64,000 bases of DNA from Gnetum montanum (lineage: Eukaryota > Plantae > Gnetophyta). The translations under genes were made by a program, and so were the position numbers. Positions 62,631 to 64,000 of the stretch are shown piece after piece. The notes under the pieces were generated by a model. The model made no database searches. It was not told where the DNA came from and saw nothing but the letters and a program-made list of their open reading frames with translations. The DNA lies in assembly GCA_015680685.1 (NCBI GenBank), contig MNCI01001743.1:92472-156471 (forward strand), written 5' to 3'. Within the stretch, counting starts at the first letter, position 1, and every line of letters begins with the position of its first letter.

Positions 62631-64000
62631 ACCGGATGGGCACCAAGGCCGGATGGGTGGCCAATTGAATCCTTCCGGGAATTTGCAGATATTCTAGGTA
62701 GCAATATCCTAGACACTTTCAACAACATGCTTAAGTAGCATCAGGTCCGTAGGGAAATTAATTGCTCCCACATCATCCTGATCCCTAAAATTGAAGGACC
62801 TTCAAAGGCTGCCCACTGCAGACCCATTAGGGTCTATAACACCCTCCTTAGACTATTCACTAAACTTCTGGTCCCGAGATTGAGGCCTTTGATGCCACAT
62901 TTAGTCCATCATAATCAAACTGGGTTTGTGTGGGAGAGGCTACTTCAGGACTAGGTTATTTTGTTGCATGAAACTCTTCACTCGCTGCGTGTTCAGCGCT
63001 TCCCCAGACTTTGTCTTAAGTTGGATATAACAAAAGCTTATGACTATGTTAGTTAGGAGGCATTACGGGCTATCATGGTCAAGAAAGGTTTTAGTCAAGG
63101 ATTTCTTGACTTATGCCTGCAAATTCAATCTTCAGCCACTTATTCCATTGATCTTGATAGGCTGCTCTAGGGTTTCTCTTCGCCAAGGCAGGGTCTTCAA
63201 CAAGGTGACCCATTATCACCATATCTATTCATTATGGTGATGGATACCATGCAGGATTACTGTCGTGCGAAAGGGGTACAAGGATTACAAATCAACAAAG
63301 GTGGAGTATATGGCAAAGCACTACGCTGATGATACAATGTTTTATACTCAGGCGTCAGTGCTACAAGCGAGAGCGTTGGATTGAACGTTGTTGGAAATGG
63401 CAAGAGAAATTGGGCTAGAGGTGAATAGGGCAAAGTTGGTGCTTTACACTGTTCATACCAACTCCAAGGTTGAGGTGTGTATCACACAAACACTAGGGAT
63501 GTTGCCAAGTACTTATGGCAACCAATATTTAGGGTTCCCCATGTTTGAATGGGGTCAGAAAAAAACTTGGATCCATGTTCTCAAACATATCCAACTACAA
63601 ATCAAGCATTAGACCATGCATTTTTTAACATGAAAAGGGCAAATCCTATTGGCTATGTCTATGTTGCCTACTATTGCCAGATTTATGTTGTCGATTACTA
63701 CCCCCTGCCCTCGAGCTCAACAATAAAGTTGATCAAACAATTCAAAGCTTCATTTGGTTTGGGGGGAAAGGGGGGAGGCATATCCATCTGGTAAGATGGG
63801 ATACAATCGCACAAACGAGGAAGGTGGGTGATCTTGGGATTTCAAAATTTGCGGACCTGGTGATAGTGAGACAGCAATAACTGGTCCATCGCCTGACACG
63901 ACCTAACACACAGCTAGTTCCTTGGATATGGATTATCCATCAAAAATATCACCAGTGGACTGCTACTCCACATGATTCGAGGCTCTAGTGATCGATGTGC
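62630..64000 (+). mobile_element. LINE ORF2 RT fragment running off the window end
   Basis: RPDGWPIE, KLDITKAYD, LQQGDPLSPYLF, HYADD, YLGFPMFEW, HLVRWDTIAQ; resembles the 33686-37783 subfamily. Confidence 0.88.

Overview
Land-plant nuclear DNA from a draft assembly with N gaps. Almost all of it is nested, decayed retrotransposons in and around the very large introns of one minus-strand host gene, a FRA10AC1 homologue (4 exons found). Present are a chromodomain-bearing Ty3/gypsy relic, a Tat/Ogre-like Ty3/gypsy element with a ~190-bp palindromic-motif array, a Ty1/copia element split by later insertions, solo LTRs, and about a dozen copies or fragments of L1-clade LINEs. The main observation concerns these LINEs. 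Their ORF2 (APE endonuclease - RT - zf-RVT) continues in frame, where plant L1s often carry RNase H, into a ~470-aa extension: a conserved domain reminiscent of plant-mobile-domain/Transposase_32-type accessory proteins, a long coiled coil, a DnaJ-type J-domain and a Cys/His tail. J-domain sequence is recognisable in 9 copies (complete or partial) from several diverged subfamilies. No copy retains an intact HPD, but HPD can be reconstructed from two sister copies. I know of no description of LINEs encoding an Hsp70 co-chaperone domain; novelty needs a database check. All TE copies here are pseudogenised. Boundaries without TSDs are approximate, and domain calls come from manual motif alignment, not HMM searches.
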